A stretch of DNA of 64,000 bases. It comes from Bacteroidota bacterium (GTDB taxonomy: Bacteria; Bacteroidota; Ignavibacteria; UBA10030). Positions 1 to 9,988 of this stretch are shown here, one piece after another. Numbering within the stretch: position 1 is the stretch's first letter; each line of letters begins with the position of its first letter. Below the pieces are notes generated by a model. That model made no database searches, was not told where the DNA came from, and saw nothing but the letters and a program-made list of their open reading frames with translations. Where the stretch lies: positions 2,761 to 66,760 of the forward strand of contig JBBDYD010000194.1 in the NCBI GenBank assembly GCA_040901865.1, in the 5' to 3' direction. The position numbers and the translations under genes are program-made.

Positions 1-111
1 CGGAGACATATTTTGACCTCGAAGTCGAAGAAACGGAAACGACACCTGAGAAAATCGGGCCTCGTGCACAAGTCGGAAGCATACAAGATAAAAAGATTCT
101 TATCAGCGTAA
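1..111 (+). CDS. rpmI: 50S ribosomal protein L35, C-terminal fragment (5' end outside window)
   Basis: Frame 1 reads [36 protein letters not shown], which is basic and L35-like. It lies directly upstream of rplT, as in the conserved infC-rpmI-rplT operon. Confidence 0.8.
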   Translation, partial: RRHILTSKSKKRKRHLRKSGLVHKSEAYKIKRFLSA

Positions 112-130
112 AGGAAAGGAATTCAGAATA

Positions 131-481
131 ATGCCACGCTCTCAAAACAAGGTAGCATCGCATCGCCGGCGGAAGAAGATTCTTGAGCAGGCGAAGGGGT
201 ATTGGGGTGGACGAAGCAAGGTCTACACCATCGCAAAGAACCACGTCGAAAAGGCATTGACCCATGCTTATCGGCACCGGAAGACGAAGAAACGAGAATA
301 TCGCGGACTGTGGATTACCCGCATCAATGCCGCGGCACGGCTGAACGGAACGACATATTCCCGCCTTATGACCGGTTTGGATAAGAAGCAAGTCATGATT
401 AACAGGAAAGTGCTTGCCGACCTTGCCGTGAACCATCCGACCGCCTTTTCGGAAGTTGTAAAGTTCGCTTCCGCTTCCTGA
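131..481 (+). CDS. rplT: 50S ribosomal protein L20
   Basis: 116 aa, [30 protein letters not shown]...; typical L20 N-terminus and length. Confidence 0.97.
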   Translation: MPRSQNKVASHRRRKKILEQAKGYWGGRSKVYTIAKNHVEKALTHAYRHRKTKKREYRGLWITRINAAARLNGTTYSRLMTGLDKKQVMINRKVLADLAVNHPTAFSEVVKFASAS

Positions 482-499
482 TTCAATCGTTGAAAGCGT

Positions 500-526
500 C
501 CCGGCGGCTCTGCCGCCGGGATTGTT
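500..526 (+). terminator. GC-rich hairpin after rplT (possible terminator/attenuator)
   Basis: cccggcgg (500-507) pairs with ccgccggg (513-520) across a 5-nt loop. It is followed only by the weak T-tract attgtt. Confidence 0.45.
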
Positions 527-562
527 CCCGCTCCCGTAACGGCGCTATCCTCAAGGCAACCC

Positions 563-1567
563 ATGGTCGAGAAAATCCGTCATATCAAAGAACAGTTTGA
601 GGCAGACTTGAAGGGCGTCGAGGGGCCCGCCGATCTCGAAGCCCTGAGGATCAAATACCTCTCGCGCAAGGGCTTGATTGCGCAACTGTTCGATCAATTA
701 AAGGCCGTGGCTCCGCCCGACCGTCCGCCATTAGGCAGATCTTTGAATGAACTGCGCGCGTTTGTCCAAAACCTCTTCGAAAGCAAAAGCTCTTCTGCCG
801 TTGCCGGCGGCCACACTTCTGGTATCGATCGTTCGTTACCCGGCCGCCCGCGCCCAGTCGGCACCAAACATCCCCTGACGCAGACCATCGAAGAATTAAA
901 GCGGATCTTCGCGGGGATGGGATTCGGCGTGGCGGTGGGACCGGATATCGAGGACGAATATCACAACTTCACAGCGTTGAATTTTCCCCCAGAACATCCC
1001 GCGCGGGACATGCAGGATACATTTTTCATCTCGAAGAACATCCTGTTGCGTACCCACACTTCGCCTGTCCAGATTCGGGTCATGAAAAGCCGGAAGCCGC
1101 CGGTGCGGGTGATCATGCCCGGCCGCGTGTATCGGAATGAAGCAGTGAGCGCCCGGAGTCATGTGTTGTTCCATCAACTCGAAGGGCTTTATGTCGACCG
1201 GCACGTGACGATGAGCGAGCTCAAAGGGACGCTTGTCTCATTCGCTCACCAGTACTACGGAAGTTCGGTTAAATATAAGTTCCGGCCCACCTTTTTCCCT
1301 TTCACCGAGCCGAGCGCCGACATGTACATCTCGTGCATTATCTGCAACCAAAAGGGATGTGCGATCTGCAAATATAACGGATGGCTCGAGATTCTCGGAT
1401 CCGGTATGGTGCATCCAAATGTCCTGAAACACGGCGGGTGCGACCCCGAGAAGTATTCGGGTTTTGCATTCGGCATGGGCATAGAGCGGATGGCCCTCTT
1501 GCGTTACGGTATTGACGACATTCGATTGTATTTTGAGAATGATCTTCGGTTTTTGAAACAATTCTAA
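563..1567 (+). CDS. pheS: Phenylalanine--tRNA ligase alpha subunit
   Basis: 334 aa with class II aaRS motifs (FPPEHPARDMQDTFF, GRVYRNE, GFAFGMGIERMALL). Confidence 0.97.
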   Translation: MVEKIRHIKEQFEADLKGVEGPADLEALRIKYLSRKGLIAQLFDQLKAVAPPDRPPLGRSLNELRAFVQNLFESKSSSAVAGGHTSGIDRSLPGRPRPVGTKHPLTQTIEELKRIFAGMGFGVAVGPDIEDEYHNFTALNFPPEHPARDMQDTFFISKNILLRTHTSPVQIRVMKSRKPPVRVIMPGRVYRNEAVSARSHVLFHQLEGLYVDRHVTMSELKGTLVSFAHQYYGSSVKYKFRPTFFPFTEPSADMYISCIICNQKGCAICKYNGWLEILGSGMVHPNVLKHGGCDPEKYSGFAFGMGIERMALLRYGIDDIRLYFENDLRFLKQF

Positions 1568-1576
1568 CGCTCCTTC

Positions 1577-3994
1577 ATGAAAATTTCTCATCAGTGGCTC
1601 AGGACTCTTGTTCCGGTGATGCTCTCTCCGGAGAAACTTGCCGAGGGCCTTTCCATGCTCGGCCTGGAGATTGAGCGGTTTGAGGACCAGGGAAAACGGC
1701 TTGACGGGTTTGTCGTTGGTGAAGTACGCTCGGTGGAGAAACATCCGAATGCGGACAAGCTTACTGTATGCCAGGTTGCCGTCGGTACACAAACGCTCCA
1801 AGTTGTCTGTGGTGCCCCGAATGTTGCCTCCGGCCAGAAAGTCGTAGTCGGACTGGAAGGAGCGACGGTGCCCAGAGACCAACACGCGACTGGTGGACCT
1901 CCGTTTGTGTTAAGGAGGGCGAAGATTCGCGGTGTCGAATCCCAGGGTATGATTTGCTCTGAGTATGAACTGGAGATGGGCGATGATCGGAACGGCATCA
2001 TGATCCTGCATTCCTCGGCAAAGCCGGGAACGCCGCATGCGCGGCATTTTGGGAGAAGCGATGTTATCTATGACGTTGAAATCACCGCAAACAGGGGAGA
2101 TTGGCTGAGCCACATGGGGGTTGCGCGAGAGGTGGCCGCATTGACCGGCAAGAAGGCCGCTATTCCAGCAGTGAAGCTCCGCGAAAGCCGCGAGCATGTT
2201 TCAAAGCATGCGAGCGTGATTCTTGGAGACAAGCATGGCTGTCAGCGGTATGTGGCTTTGGTGTTTCGCAATGTCCGTATCGGACCGTCTCCGATGTGGT
2301 TGCAGAATAGGCTGATGTCCGTCGGCGTTCGGCCGATCAATAACGTTGTCGACGCGACCAACTCGGTCATGCTGGAAACCGGGCAACCCCTTCATGCATT
2401 TGACAACGACAAAGTAGGCGGCCACTCGATCGTTGTACGGGGAGCGAAGGATGGAGAAGCATTTACGACGTTGGACGGGAAAACACGGACTTTGAAGGCC
2501 GGGTCTCTTTTGATTTGTGACAATCAAAGGCCCATTGCCATTGCAGGGATCATGGGCGGATTAAACTCTGAAATCAGCGACGTGACGACGAATGTCCTGC
2601 TTGAAAGCGCGTGGTTCGATCCGGTGAGCATTCGCCGTACGTCCCGGTATCTTGGACTTTCGACGGACGCATCACAGCGGTTCGAGCGGTCCGTGGATAT
2701 TGACACTTGCCTGTATGCCGCTCAACGGGCAGGGGGGCTATTTCAGGAATTGACCGGGGCAGAGGTGCTGAAGGGAGCCATTGATGTCTATCCGAAAAAA
2801 AGAAAGCAGACCCTGCTGAAAGCGAGAATTTCGAAGATCAACGCGATCCTCGGTACGAATCTCTCCGTCACAAGGGTCTCGGCACTTCTGGGTCGTCTTG
2901 GACTCGAGGTACAAAGCTCGACGGCAGATTCTGTGTCTTTGCGCATTCCTTCGTATCGGCGTGATTTGATCCAGGAAATCGATCTCGTGGAAGAGGTTGC
3001 CCGAATGTATGGATACAATAACATTGACACAGAGACTTCAGCACGGATTGGGTATGCCGCCCGGGCTGATGCAGGTCCCGAAGATGACGTACGAAACTTT
3101 CTTGTTGGTGGCGGATTCAATGAGATAGTTGTCAACAGCTTGCAGAAGCGAAGCCTCGCACTTTTGGGCGAAGAACAACCGGTTGAGGTATTGAATCCGG
3201 TCAGCGTGGACATGGAAATGCTCCGGACGAGTCTGATCCCGGGAGCATTGGAGGTGTTGGAGCATAATTTCAATCGGGGGGCAAAGGGCATGCGACTCTT
3301 CGAATGCGGAAAAGTCTTTTGGCGAGTGGCAGGCGGGAGTGAAGATGCCCTGGAAGATTACAAGGAGGAACAGCGGTTGCTGCTTGTTCTTACGGGCGAC
3401 CACTTCAACCGGCATCACAGTGAAAAGCAAAGAAAATACGATATCCTCGACCTGAAAGGAGAGGTTGAAGGATTGCTTGCCAAGTTTTTTCTTGACAAAT
3501 GTCGGTTAATTCCCTATGATAACGGCAAACCTTTAAGTGTCGATAACATTTCCATTGAAATTCAAGGCACTTACGCTGGTTTTCTTGGAAGATTAAGAAA
3601 GGAGATTGGTGCTAAGTTCGGGATTGAGGAAGAAGTATTGGTCGCCGAATTGAGCGTGGATGTCCTTTCTTCTTTTTGGAATAAGGACCGGAAGTTTCGA
3701 TCACTGAATCGTTTTCCAAGTGTCACAAGGGACTTGGCATTTGTCGTTGCCGCGAATGTCCCTCAAGGGAATGTGGAACAAGCTATCCGCGAAGCAGGCG
3801 GCGAGTTGCTAAGTGGTGTTTTCCTTTTTGATCTCTATTCAGGGGAACAGGTGGGAGTTGGAAACAAGAGTCTCGCCTACGCCCTTGAGTTTCAACCGGC
3901 TGATCGGACGTTGACTGACGAAGAGGTCAACGGAATTGTTTCAAAGATTATCCGTCATGTGCAATCTGCCTGCGGTGCCAGCGTCCGCGGGTGA
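1577..3994 (+). CDS. pheT: Phenylalanine--tRNA ligase beta subunit
   Basis: 805 aa with an N-terminal tRNA-binding domain (HPNADKLTVCQV), B3/4 and B5 regions and a C-terminal FDX-ACB-like region. It follows pheS. Confidence 0.97.
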   Translation: MKISHQWLRTLVPVMLSPEKLAEGLSMLGLEIERFEDQGKRLDGFVVGEVRSVEKHPNADKLTVCQVAVGTQTLQVVCGAPNVASGQKVVVGLEGATVPRDQHATGGPPFVLRRAKIRGVESQGMICSEYELEMGDDRNGIMILHSSAKPGTPHARHFGRSDVIYDVEITANRGDWLSHMGVAREVAALTGKKAAIPAVKLRESREHVSKHASVILGDKHGCQRYVALVFRNVRIGPSPMWLQNRLMSVGVRPINNVVDATNSVMLETGQPLHAFDNDKVGGHSIVVRGAKDGEAFTTLDGKTRTLKAGSLLICDNQRPIAIAGIMGGLNSEISDVTTNVLLESAWFDPVSIRRTSRYLGLSTDASQRFERSVDIDTCLYAAQRAGGLFQELTGAEVLKGAIDVYPKKRKQTLLKARISKINAILGTNLSVTRVSALLGRLGLEVQSSTADSVSLRIPSYRRDLIQEIDLVEEVARMYGYNNIDTETSARIGYAARADAGPEDDVRNFLVGGGFNEIVVNSLQKRSLALLGEEQPVEVLNPVSVDMEMLRTSLIPGALEVLEHNFNRGAKGMRLFECGKVFWRVAGGSEDALEDYKEEQRLLLVLTGDHFNRHHSEKQRKYDILDLKGEVEGLLAKFFLDKCRLIPYDNGKPLSVDNISIEIQGTYAGFLGRLRKEIGAKFGIEEEVLVAELSVDVLSSFWNKDRKFRSLNRFPSVTRDLAFVVAANVPQGNVEQAIREAGGELLSGVFLFDLYSGEQVGVGNKSLAYALEFQPADRTLTDEEVNGIVSKIIRHVQSACGASVRG

Positions 3995-4344
3995 TGAAGG
4001 AGATCACAGAAGGAGACGTATCGGTGCAAGAGTCACATGTGGAACCTGAAGTGACGAATGACAAAGAGATCGACCAGCTCGAGGGCTCTCTCCAGAAGTT
4101 GTGGGAGAAGGCACGACGGCTTTCGGACATCCTGCTGCGTCTCAAAGAGGAGAACGAATCGCTTCGCCGGCGACTCGAAGAAGTTGAGCAGAAGGAGCAT
4201 CGTTTGACTAGTGAGCTGAAGGGCCGTGAGCAGGAAATCCTGAAGCTTCAATCGAACGGTTCGGGTATGTTTACCCATGAAGAAAAGGAGGCACTTGTAA
4301 ATAAGATCAGGGACCTCATTGCAAAACTCAACGCACGATTATGA
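3991..4344 (+). CDS. Coiled-coil protein (ZapB-like cell-division factor?)
   Basis: 117 aa, rich in E/K/L heptad-like sequence (LLRLKEENESLRRRLEEVEQKE). It lies immediately upstream of zapA. The function is inferred from context only. Confidence 0.5.
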   Translation: MMKEITEGDVSVQESHVEPEVTNDKEIDQLEGSLQKLWEKARRLSDILLRLKEENESLRRRLEEVEQKEHRLTSELKGREQEILKLQSNGSGMFTHEEKEALVNKIRDLIAKLNARL

Positions 4345-4418
4345 ATTCCTTGATCTTTGTTTTGATTCGGCGTATGAACATTCCAGTCAGGTAAAGGTTA
4401 CGAACAATTAACTACGTA

Positions 4419-4721
4419 ATGAACGGTAAGAGCATCAAGGTTAAGATTTTCGGGTCAGAGTATCCGCTGAAGGGCGAGAACGAGGATCTGACAAAACGCA
4501 TAGCGTCCTATGTGGATGCCATGCTGACACGGATCCACGACAAGATCCCTGAACAGCCACCGCTTACCGTGGCAGTGTTGTCCGCTCTCAATATCACGGA
4601 AGATTTGATGAAAGAGCGGGAGCAGCATCAGGAAGCCGTCATGCATGTGCAAACGGAGATTGTAAAACTGAACAACTATCTCGATAATTGCCTTGATGCC
4701 GTGGGGGACACTGTAACGTAA
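4419..4721 (+). CDS. zapA: Cell division protein ZapA
   Basis: 100 aa; KVKIFGSEYPLKG...LTVAVLSALNITEDL matches the ZapA family pattern. Confidence 0.85.
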   Translation: MNGKSIKVKIFGSEYPLKGENEDLTKRIASYVDAMLTRIHDKIPEQPPLTVAVLSALNITEDLMKEREQHQEAVMHVQTEIVKLNNYLDNCLDAVGDTVT

Positions 4722-4795
4722 TTCGATACAGATTGGTTTGTTCTTTTCCATAGGAGCGGAGACCTATGAACAATGTCGACCGCACCGTCAGCCGT

Positions 4796-4980
4796 AATCA
4801 AGACTATTAAAGAACCTTACAAGTAACTTTAATAGGGAGCTTGACTCATAAGCGCAGAGCGCATGCCACGCGTATCCCAGCGACGACCCCGACATCGTCG
4901 GGCGAGCGGGAGTGGAAGTGTGAAGTGCTTAGGCAGGCACCCACCGTGTTTGAAGAGAGGTTCTTCGAATACAATTGATT
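4796..4980 (+). ncRNA. Candidate structured sRNA, 6S-RNA-like (about 185 nt)
   Basis: Lies in the 315-bp non-coding gap between zapA and rny. An imperfect closing helix joins 4796-4817 (aatcaa..tatt..aagaacct) and 4958-4980 (aggttctt..aata..ttgatt), as 6+4+8 bp. A large internal loop follows (31 nt / 26 nt). An inner helix pairs taagcgc (4849-4855) with gtgctta (4925-4931). An apical hairpin pairs cgacga with tcgtcg (4881-4900). In E. coli ssrS lies directly downstream of zapA. Confidence 0.35.
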
Positions 4981-5036
4981 TGGTTGGCGAGTGCGGCTTT
5001 GTTTTGTACGCAAGACGGTCTGACGAAGGAGTGATT

Positions 5037-6599
5037 ATGGAACTGTACCTCTTAATCCCGCTGGCGGTTGCTGTTGCCGGGACGGCGTTCTTTGCCGGAT
5101 GGTACGTGAATGTTCGCAGCGGGCGGAACAGAATTAGTAGTGCCGGGGAACGCGCAAAACGGATTGTGGAGGATGCCGAACGGGATGTGGCGTCCCTGAA
5201 GCGGGAAAAACTTTTGGAAGTGAAGGACGAGTGGTATAAAAAGAAGAAGGAATTCGATTCCGAGGCACAGTCGAAGCGGAATAAACATCAGGCGTTCGAG
5301 AAGCAACTCGAGAGCAGGGAAGAGAATGTCGATCGAAAACTGGATTTGCTGAATAAGAAGGAATCTTCTCTTCAAACGCTGGACCGGGAGCTGGGGGACA
5401 GGAAGAAACGGTTGGAGGAGAAGGAACAGGAATCTCGCAACCTGCTTGAGGAGCAGAATCAACGCCTCGAGCGTATTGCGGGGCTTTCACGCGATGACGC
5501 CAAGAAGCAACTGATGGATAATCTCCTGGATACCGTCAAAACGGAAGCGGCGGCGACATTGAAGGAAATCAGGGATCGCACGAAGGAAGAAGCCCGAAGA
5601 GAAGCACAGAAGATCATCATTCAGGCCATTCAAAGAACCTCCGCCGATCATACCGTTGAGACCACGGTGAGTGCCTTGGTGCTCGAAAGCGATGAAATGA
5701 AAGGGCGTATCATCGGCAGGGAGGGACGAAATATCAGGGCGTTTGAAGCAGCAACCGGAGTGGATGTGATCGTTGACGACACGCCGGAAGCGGTCATCCT
5801 CTCGGGATTCGACCCCTTCCGGCGGGAGGTAGCCAGAGTTTCCCTCGAGCGCCTCATCGCTGACGGCAGAATCCATCCTGCGCGCATCGAGGAAATTGTG
5901 GAGAAAGTTAAGAAGGAACTCGAGGAGGAAGTTCTGCGGCTTGGGGAGAACACCCTGCTAGAGGTGGGCTTGCATGGAGCCCATGCAGAAGTGTGCAAGC
6001 ACATTGGCAAAATGAAATACCGTTCGAGCTACGGGCAGAACCTGCTCCAGCACAGCATCGAAGTGGCGTATCTCATGGGTATCATGGCAGCGGAGTTGCA
6101 TCTCGATTCTATGATGGCAAAACGCGCTGGGCTGCTCCATGATATTGGAAAGACGGTGGATAAGAGCGTTGAGGGTCCCCATGCCTTGATCGGATATGAA
6201 CTTTGCCGGAAGTATAACGAGCATCCGATCGTTTGTAATGCAGTTGGTTCCCACCACGAGGATATTCCCATGGAGCATCCGATCGCCTCGCTGGTGCAGG
6301 CGGCTGATGCCATTAGCGGCGCACGCCCCGGGGCGCGTCGGGAATCCGTGGAGGGCTATGTCAAACGGCTGGAAAAACTCGAGCATGTTGCAAAATCATT
6401 TCCTGGCGTGCTGACGTCTTACGCAATTCAGGCAGGGCGCGAAGTCAGGGTCATCGTCAGCCACGAGGCGCTCGATGATGCAAAGGCAGATCAGTTGTCC
6501 CATGATATTGCCAACAAGATTCAACAGGAAATGGAGTATCCCGGACAAATCAAAGTGACGGTGATTCGCGAGTTCCGTTCCGTTGCCTATGCCAAGTAA
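5037..6599 (+). CDS. rny: Ribonuclease Y
   Basis: N-terminal TM helix (MELYLLIPLAVAVAGTAFFAGW), a long E/K coiled coil, a KH domain (GRIIGREGRNIRAFE) and an HD domain (LLHDIGK). The start is moved to the ATG at 5037, which has a gaagga RBS. The upstream extension of the tracked ORF is Arg-rich junk. Confidence 0.95.
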   Translation: MELYLLIPLAVAVAGTAFFAGWYVNVRSGRNRISSAGERAKRIVEDAERDVASLKREKLLEVKDEWYKKKKEFDSEAQSKRNKHQAFEKQLESREENVDRKLDLLNKKESSLQTLDRELGDRKKRLEEKEQESRNLLEEQNQRLERIAGLSRDDAKKQLMDNLLDTVKTEAAATLKEIRDRTKEEARREAQKIIIQAIQRTSADHTVETTVSALVLESDEMKGRIIGREGRNIRAFEAATGVDVIVDDTPEAVILSGFDPFRREVARVSLERLIADGRIHPARIEEIVEKVKKELEEEVLRLGENTLLEVGLHGAHAEVCKHIGKMKYRSSYGQNLLQHSIEVAYLMGIMAAELHLDSMMAKRAGLLHDIGKTVDKSVEGPHALIGYELCRKYNEHPIVCNAVGSHHEDIPMEHPIASLVQAADAISGARPGARRESVEGYVKRLEKLEHVAKSFPGVLTSYAIQAGREVRVIVSHEALDDAKADQLSHDIANKIQQEMEYPGQIKVTVIREFRSVAYAK

Positions 6600-7233
6600 G
6601 AAGTACCGCACCAGGCGATTCTCACCAGACAACCTTTGTTCAGTCGGCATAACAGGTGGGATCGGGAGCGGTAAAAGTACCGTATGCCGCCTCCTCGAAG
6701 AACAGGGATATCCCGTCCTCTCCGCAGACCCGCTTGCCATTGAAATCGAAGAAACGGACCCGGTCGTCATCACAAGAATCAAAGCATTGCTGGGCAGCGA
6801 GGCCTATGATTCCAAGGGATCCCTGAACCGTTCATACGTCGCCGGACGCATCTTCTCCAGCAGGGGTCTTCAGAAATCAATCGAGGCCGTTGTTCATCCT
6901 GCAGTGTTCCGTGAATTGCGACGAAGAGCCGCGGACCTCTCAAAAGCCGGCGAGCCCCTGGTTGTAATCGAAGCCGCTCTGATTTTTGAGTCTGGCATGC
7001 ACGAGGCTCTCGATTTCGTGGTGGTGGTGGATGCCGAGGAGGTCATTCGGATTGCTCGCGTGATGGACCGTGACGGCATTTCTGCCGCTGAAGTGCGAAA
7101 ACGCATGACCGCTCAATGGCCAATGGAGCGGAAAATACGGCTTGCCGATTTCGTGATCGGCAATAACGGAAGCAGGGAAGAACTCCAACAGCGGGTTCAA
7201 CTTCTCACGACCATGATCGACCAGTTCGTTTAA
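6583..7233 (+). CDS. coaE: Dephospho-CoA kinase
   Basis: P-loop GITGGIGSGKST and a CoaE-like body. The true start may be a few codons downstream, because the tracked ORF overlaps the rny end. Confidence 0.9.
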   Translation: MPMPSKKYRTRRFSPDNLCSVGITGGIGSGKSTVCRLLEEQGYPVLSADPLAIEIEETDPVVITRIKALLGSEAYDSKGSLNRSYVAGRIFSSRGLQKSIEAVVHPAVFRELRRRAADLSKAGEPLVVIEAALIFESGMHEALDFVVVVDAEEVIRIARVMDRDGISAAEVRKRMTAQWPMERKIRLADFVIGNNGSREELQQRVQLLTTMIDQFV

Positions 7234-7244
7234 AGGACGCACCG

Positions 7245-8423
7245 ATGCCTTCGCTGACGGAACAGGAACACAACCTCTTCTTCCAGACCTACAAACGCCT
7301 GCCTCTGGATATCGTTCAGGGAGAAGGGTGCATTCTGACAGATCGAAACGGAAAACAGTACCTCGATTTTTTCGGCGGACTTGCGGTCAACGCCCTCGGC
7401 TACCGGCACCCCCGAATCCTCGAAGCGATACGAGTCCAGTCGGAACGCTACATCCATCTCTCAAACTTTTTTATCCAGGAACCCCAGGTTCGGCTGGCGG
7501 AGAAACTTATTGCCGCTTCAGGGTTTAAGAAATTGTTTCTCACGAACAGCGGGACAGAAGCTGTGGAAGGGGCCATCAAACTGGCTAGAAAATGGGGAAA
7601 GGGTAAAGGCAAGAGTACCCTTTACGGACTCTCGAACTCGTTTCACGGACGCACCATGGGCGCTCTCTCCCTCACAGAGCGGGCAAAATACCGGGAGGGA
7701 TATGAACCGTTTCTTCCGAACACGGATCATATTCGCTTTAATGATGTTGAGGATCTACGGGCGAAAATCAACGCACAAACTCTCGGAGTGATTCTGGAAG
7801 CGATCCAGGGCGAGGGCGGTGTGAATATCGTGAGTCAGGAGTTCTGTGAGGAGCTCAAGGCTCTCAGGCAGCGCCACGGATTTCTAATCATTGCCGACGA
7901 GATCCAGTCTGGGATTGGCCGCACGGGAAAGTTCTTCGGATTTCAGCACATTGGGTTGAATCCGGATATTGTAGTTGTTGCAAAAGCGATCGGGGGCGGA
8001 CTGCCCCTTGGGGCATTTCTTGGAACGGAGGCAACTGCAGGGGCTTTAACGTACGGGGTGCATGGTACGACTTTTGGGGGAAACCCTGTTGCCTGTGCAG
8101 CCGGCGTTGTGGTGCTTGAGGAAGTCGTCGAAAAAGGGCTTATGCAACGAGCACAGGAAATAGGAGAGCGGCTTCGTAAAGCCTTCACAGAAATGAAGTC
8201 TCATTATCCCGAACGTATCAGGGATGTTCGCGGATACGGATGCATGATGGGGGTGGAACTTGCGGGGGATGGCCAGCCCATCGCTGACGAGTTGATGAAC
8301 CAGGGTGTACTGGTGAATTGCACGAATACGAAAGTGCTCAGGTTCCTGCCGCCGTACATTGCAACGGATGAACAATGCGATATCGTCGCGGCGAAGCTTG
8401 CGGTGGTTTTCGACGGCGCATGA
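7245..8423 (+). CDS. argD: Acetylornithine/class-III aminotransferase
   Basis: 392 aa with class III PLP aminotransferase motifs (SGTEAVEGAIKLARK, DEIQSGIGRTGKFF, VVAKAIGGGLPLGA). Confidence 0.88.
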   Translation: MPSLTEQEHNLFFQTYKRLPLDIVQGEGCILTDRNGKQYLDFFGGLAVNALGYRHPRILEAIRVQSERYIHLSNFFIQEPQVRLAEKLIAASGFKKLFLTNSGTEAVEGAIKLARKWGKGKGKSTLYGLSNSFHGRTMGALSLTERAKYREGYEPFLPNTDHIRFNDVEDLRAKINAQTLGVILEAIQGEGGVNIVSQEFCEELKALRQRHGFLIIADEIQSGIGRTGKFFGFQHIGLNPDIVVVAKAIGGGLPLGAFLGTEATAGALTYGVHGTTFGGNPVACAAGVVVLEEVVEKGLMQRAQEIGERLRKAFTEMKSHYPERIRDVRGYGCMMGVELAGDGQPIADELMNQGVLVNCTNTKVLRFLPPYIATDEQCDIVAAKLAVVFDGA

Positions 8424-8450
8424 AGGGAATACGCTCTCACTGTTCAAACC

Positions 8451-8478
8451 GGCGTCTTGTTTAGGCGCCGTTTTTTTT
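8451..8478 (+). terminator. Rho-independent terminator after argD
   Basis: A ggcgtc/ggcgcc 6-bp stem (one G-U pair) with a 7-nt loop, followed by a T8 run at 8471-8478. Confidence 0.75.
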
Positions 8479-8491
8479 GTACCTTATCATC

Positions 8492-9988
8492 GTGCGAGAG
8501 TTAGCCCATATCGAGGGAAAACCCCGTTCTCATTGCGGAGTTTTTGGGATCTTCGGGCATCCTGAGGCAGCCGTCATGGCCTATTACGGTCTCCACGCCC
8601 TCCAACACCGCGGCCAGGAGGCTTCGGGAATCGTCACAAGAGAGTTCATCCCCGAAAGACAGAAAACCCGCTTCAATTCCCACCGGGCCACCGGCCTTGT
8701 TACCGACGTCTTCAAGGACGAGAAACTTCTAAAACTTGCCTTGCGTGGTAGTGCCGCCATTGGGCACAATCGGTACTCTACAACCGGCGCAGCAGACAAC
8801 AAGGCCAACATCCAGCCCTTCATTGTCAATTATCGTTCCGGGAACCTCGCCCTCGGCCACAATGGAAACCTTACGAACTTCAATTCGTTGCGTGATCAGC
8901 TCCAGGCCGACGGAACAATATTCCAGTCGACATCCGACAGCGAAATCATTCTCCACCTGGCCGCACGAAGCCGCCACACAGACCAGGTCCTGCAGGTCAA
9001 AGATGCCCTCGACCTTGTGGAAGGTGCATACTCACTTGTAATCCTGACGGATGACGCGCTCATCGCCGCACGCGATCCCCATGGATTCCGGCCTCTGGCG
9101 TTTGGAAGGCTGGGAGACGCGTTTGTCGTGGCCTCGGAAACCTGCGCGTTCGATATCCTGGGGGCCGAATATATCCGGGACGTCGCACCTGGCGAAATAC
9201 TCGTCATCGATCAGAAAGCAGTGGAATCCGGCCGGACGCGATCGCTCTGGAGTTCGAGAAAATCCGTCCAGACCCACCATTGTATTTTCGAGTTTGTCTA
9301 CTTTTCCCGGCCCGACAGTCGGATCTTTGGTGAGAATGTGGACAAGGTTCGGAGGAAACTCGGGAAACTGCTGGCAGAAGAGTCCCCGGTGACAAGTAAT
9401 GATTCGGATGAAAAGGTGGTGGTAATCAGTGTTCCGGATTCCAGCAACACGGCCACTCTCGGATTTGTCCATGAAAGCGAACGGCAGGGAATCAACGCAA
9501 GACTGGAGATCGGACTGATCCGGAGTCATTACGTGGGCCGTACCTTTATCCAGCCCGACCAGAACAGCCGGGAAATTAAAGTGAAAACAAAGTTCAATAC
9601 CGTCAAGGGTGTGTTAAAGGACAAGAAGGTCGTTATTGTTGATGATTCCATTGTGCGGGGAACCACGTCGAAACAACTGGTAAAACTTGTTCGCGAGGCA
9701 GGCCCGAAAGAAATCCACTTCAGGATCACGTCTCCCCAGATCAAGTATCCATGCTACTATGGCATGGATTTCCCAAGCAAAGAAGAGCTCATCGCAAACC
9801 GGCTGCAGGGCGATCTTGAGGAAATCCGTAAAGAGCTTGGCGTCGACAGTATCGCGTATTTGTCCCTTGAGAAACTCCTCGAGGCCGCGCCGAAAGACGG
9901 CGGGCGCCACTACTGCACCGCCTGTTTCAGCGGTTCTTACCCTGTCCCTATCGACCGCACTGCGACAAAGGACGCGAACGACGCGTGA
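8492..9988 (+). CDS. purF: Amidophosphoribosyltransferase (with short propeptide)
   Basis: Catalytic N-terminal Cys context HCGVFGIFGH, a Ntn glutaminase domain and a PRTase motif (VVIVDDSIVRGTT). The start is moved to the GTG at 8492, because the tracked start at 8477 lies in the terminator T-run. Confidence 0.93.
   Translation: MRELAHIEGKPRSHCGVFGIFGHPEAAVMAYYGLHALQHRGQEASGIVTREFIPERQKTRFNSHRATGLVTDVFKDEKLLKLALRGSAAIGHNRYSTTGAADNKANIQPFIVNYRSGNLALGHNGNLTNFNSLRDQLQADGTIFQSTSDSEIILHLAARSRHTDQVLQVKDALDLVEGAYSLVILTDDALIAARDPHGFRPLAFGRLGDAFVVASETCAFDILGAEYIRDVAPGEILVIDQKAVESGRTRSLWSSRKSVQTHHCIFEFVYFSRPDSRIFGENVDKVRRKLGKLLAEESPVTSNDSDEKVVVISVPDSSNTATLGFVHESERQGINARLEIGLIRSHYVGRTFIQPDQNSREIKVKTKFNTVKGVLKDKKVVIVDDSIVRGTTSKQLVKLVREAGPKEIHFRITSPQIKYPCYYGMDFPSKEELIANRLQGDLEEIRKELGVDSIAYLSLEKLLEAAPKDGGRHYCTACFSGSYPVPIDRTATKDANDA

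Noticed and set aside
4863-5036. N-terminal 58-codon extension of the rny ORF.
   Set aside because: It is Arg/Ser-rich low-complexity sequence with no RBS, and it overlaps the structured candidate RNA. A proper RBS and ATG, with the expected TM helix, start at 5037.
8477-8491. Tracked purF start at 8477.
   Set aside because: It begins inside the T-run of the argD terminator. A GTG at 8492 gives a short propeptide before the catalytic Cys, as in other PurF enzymes.
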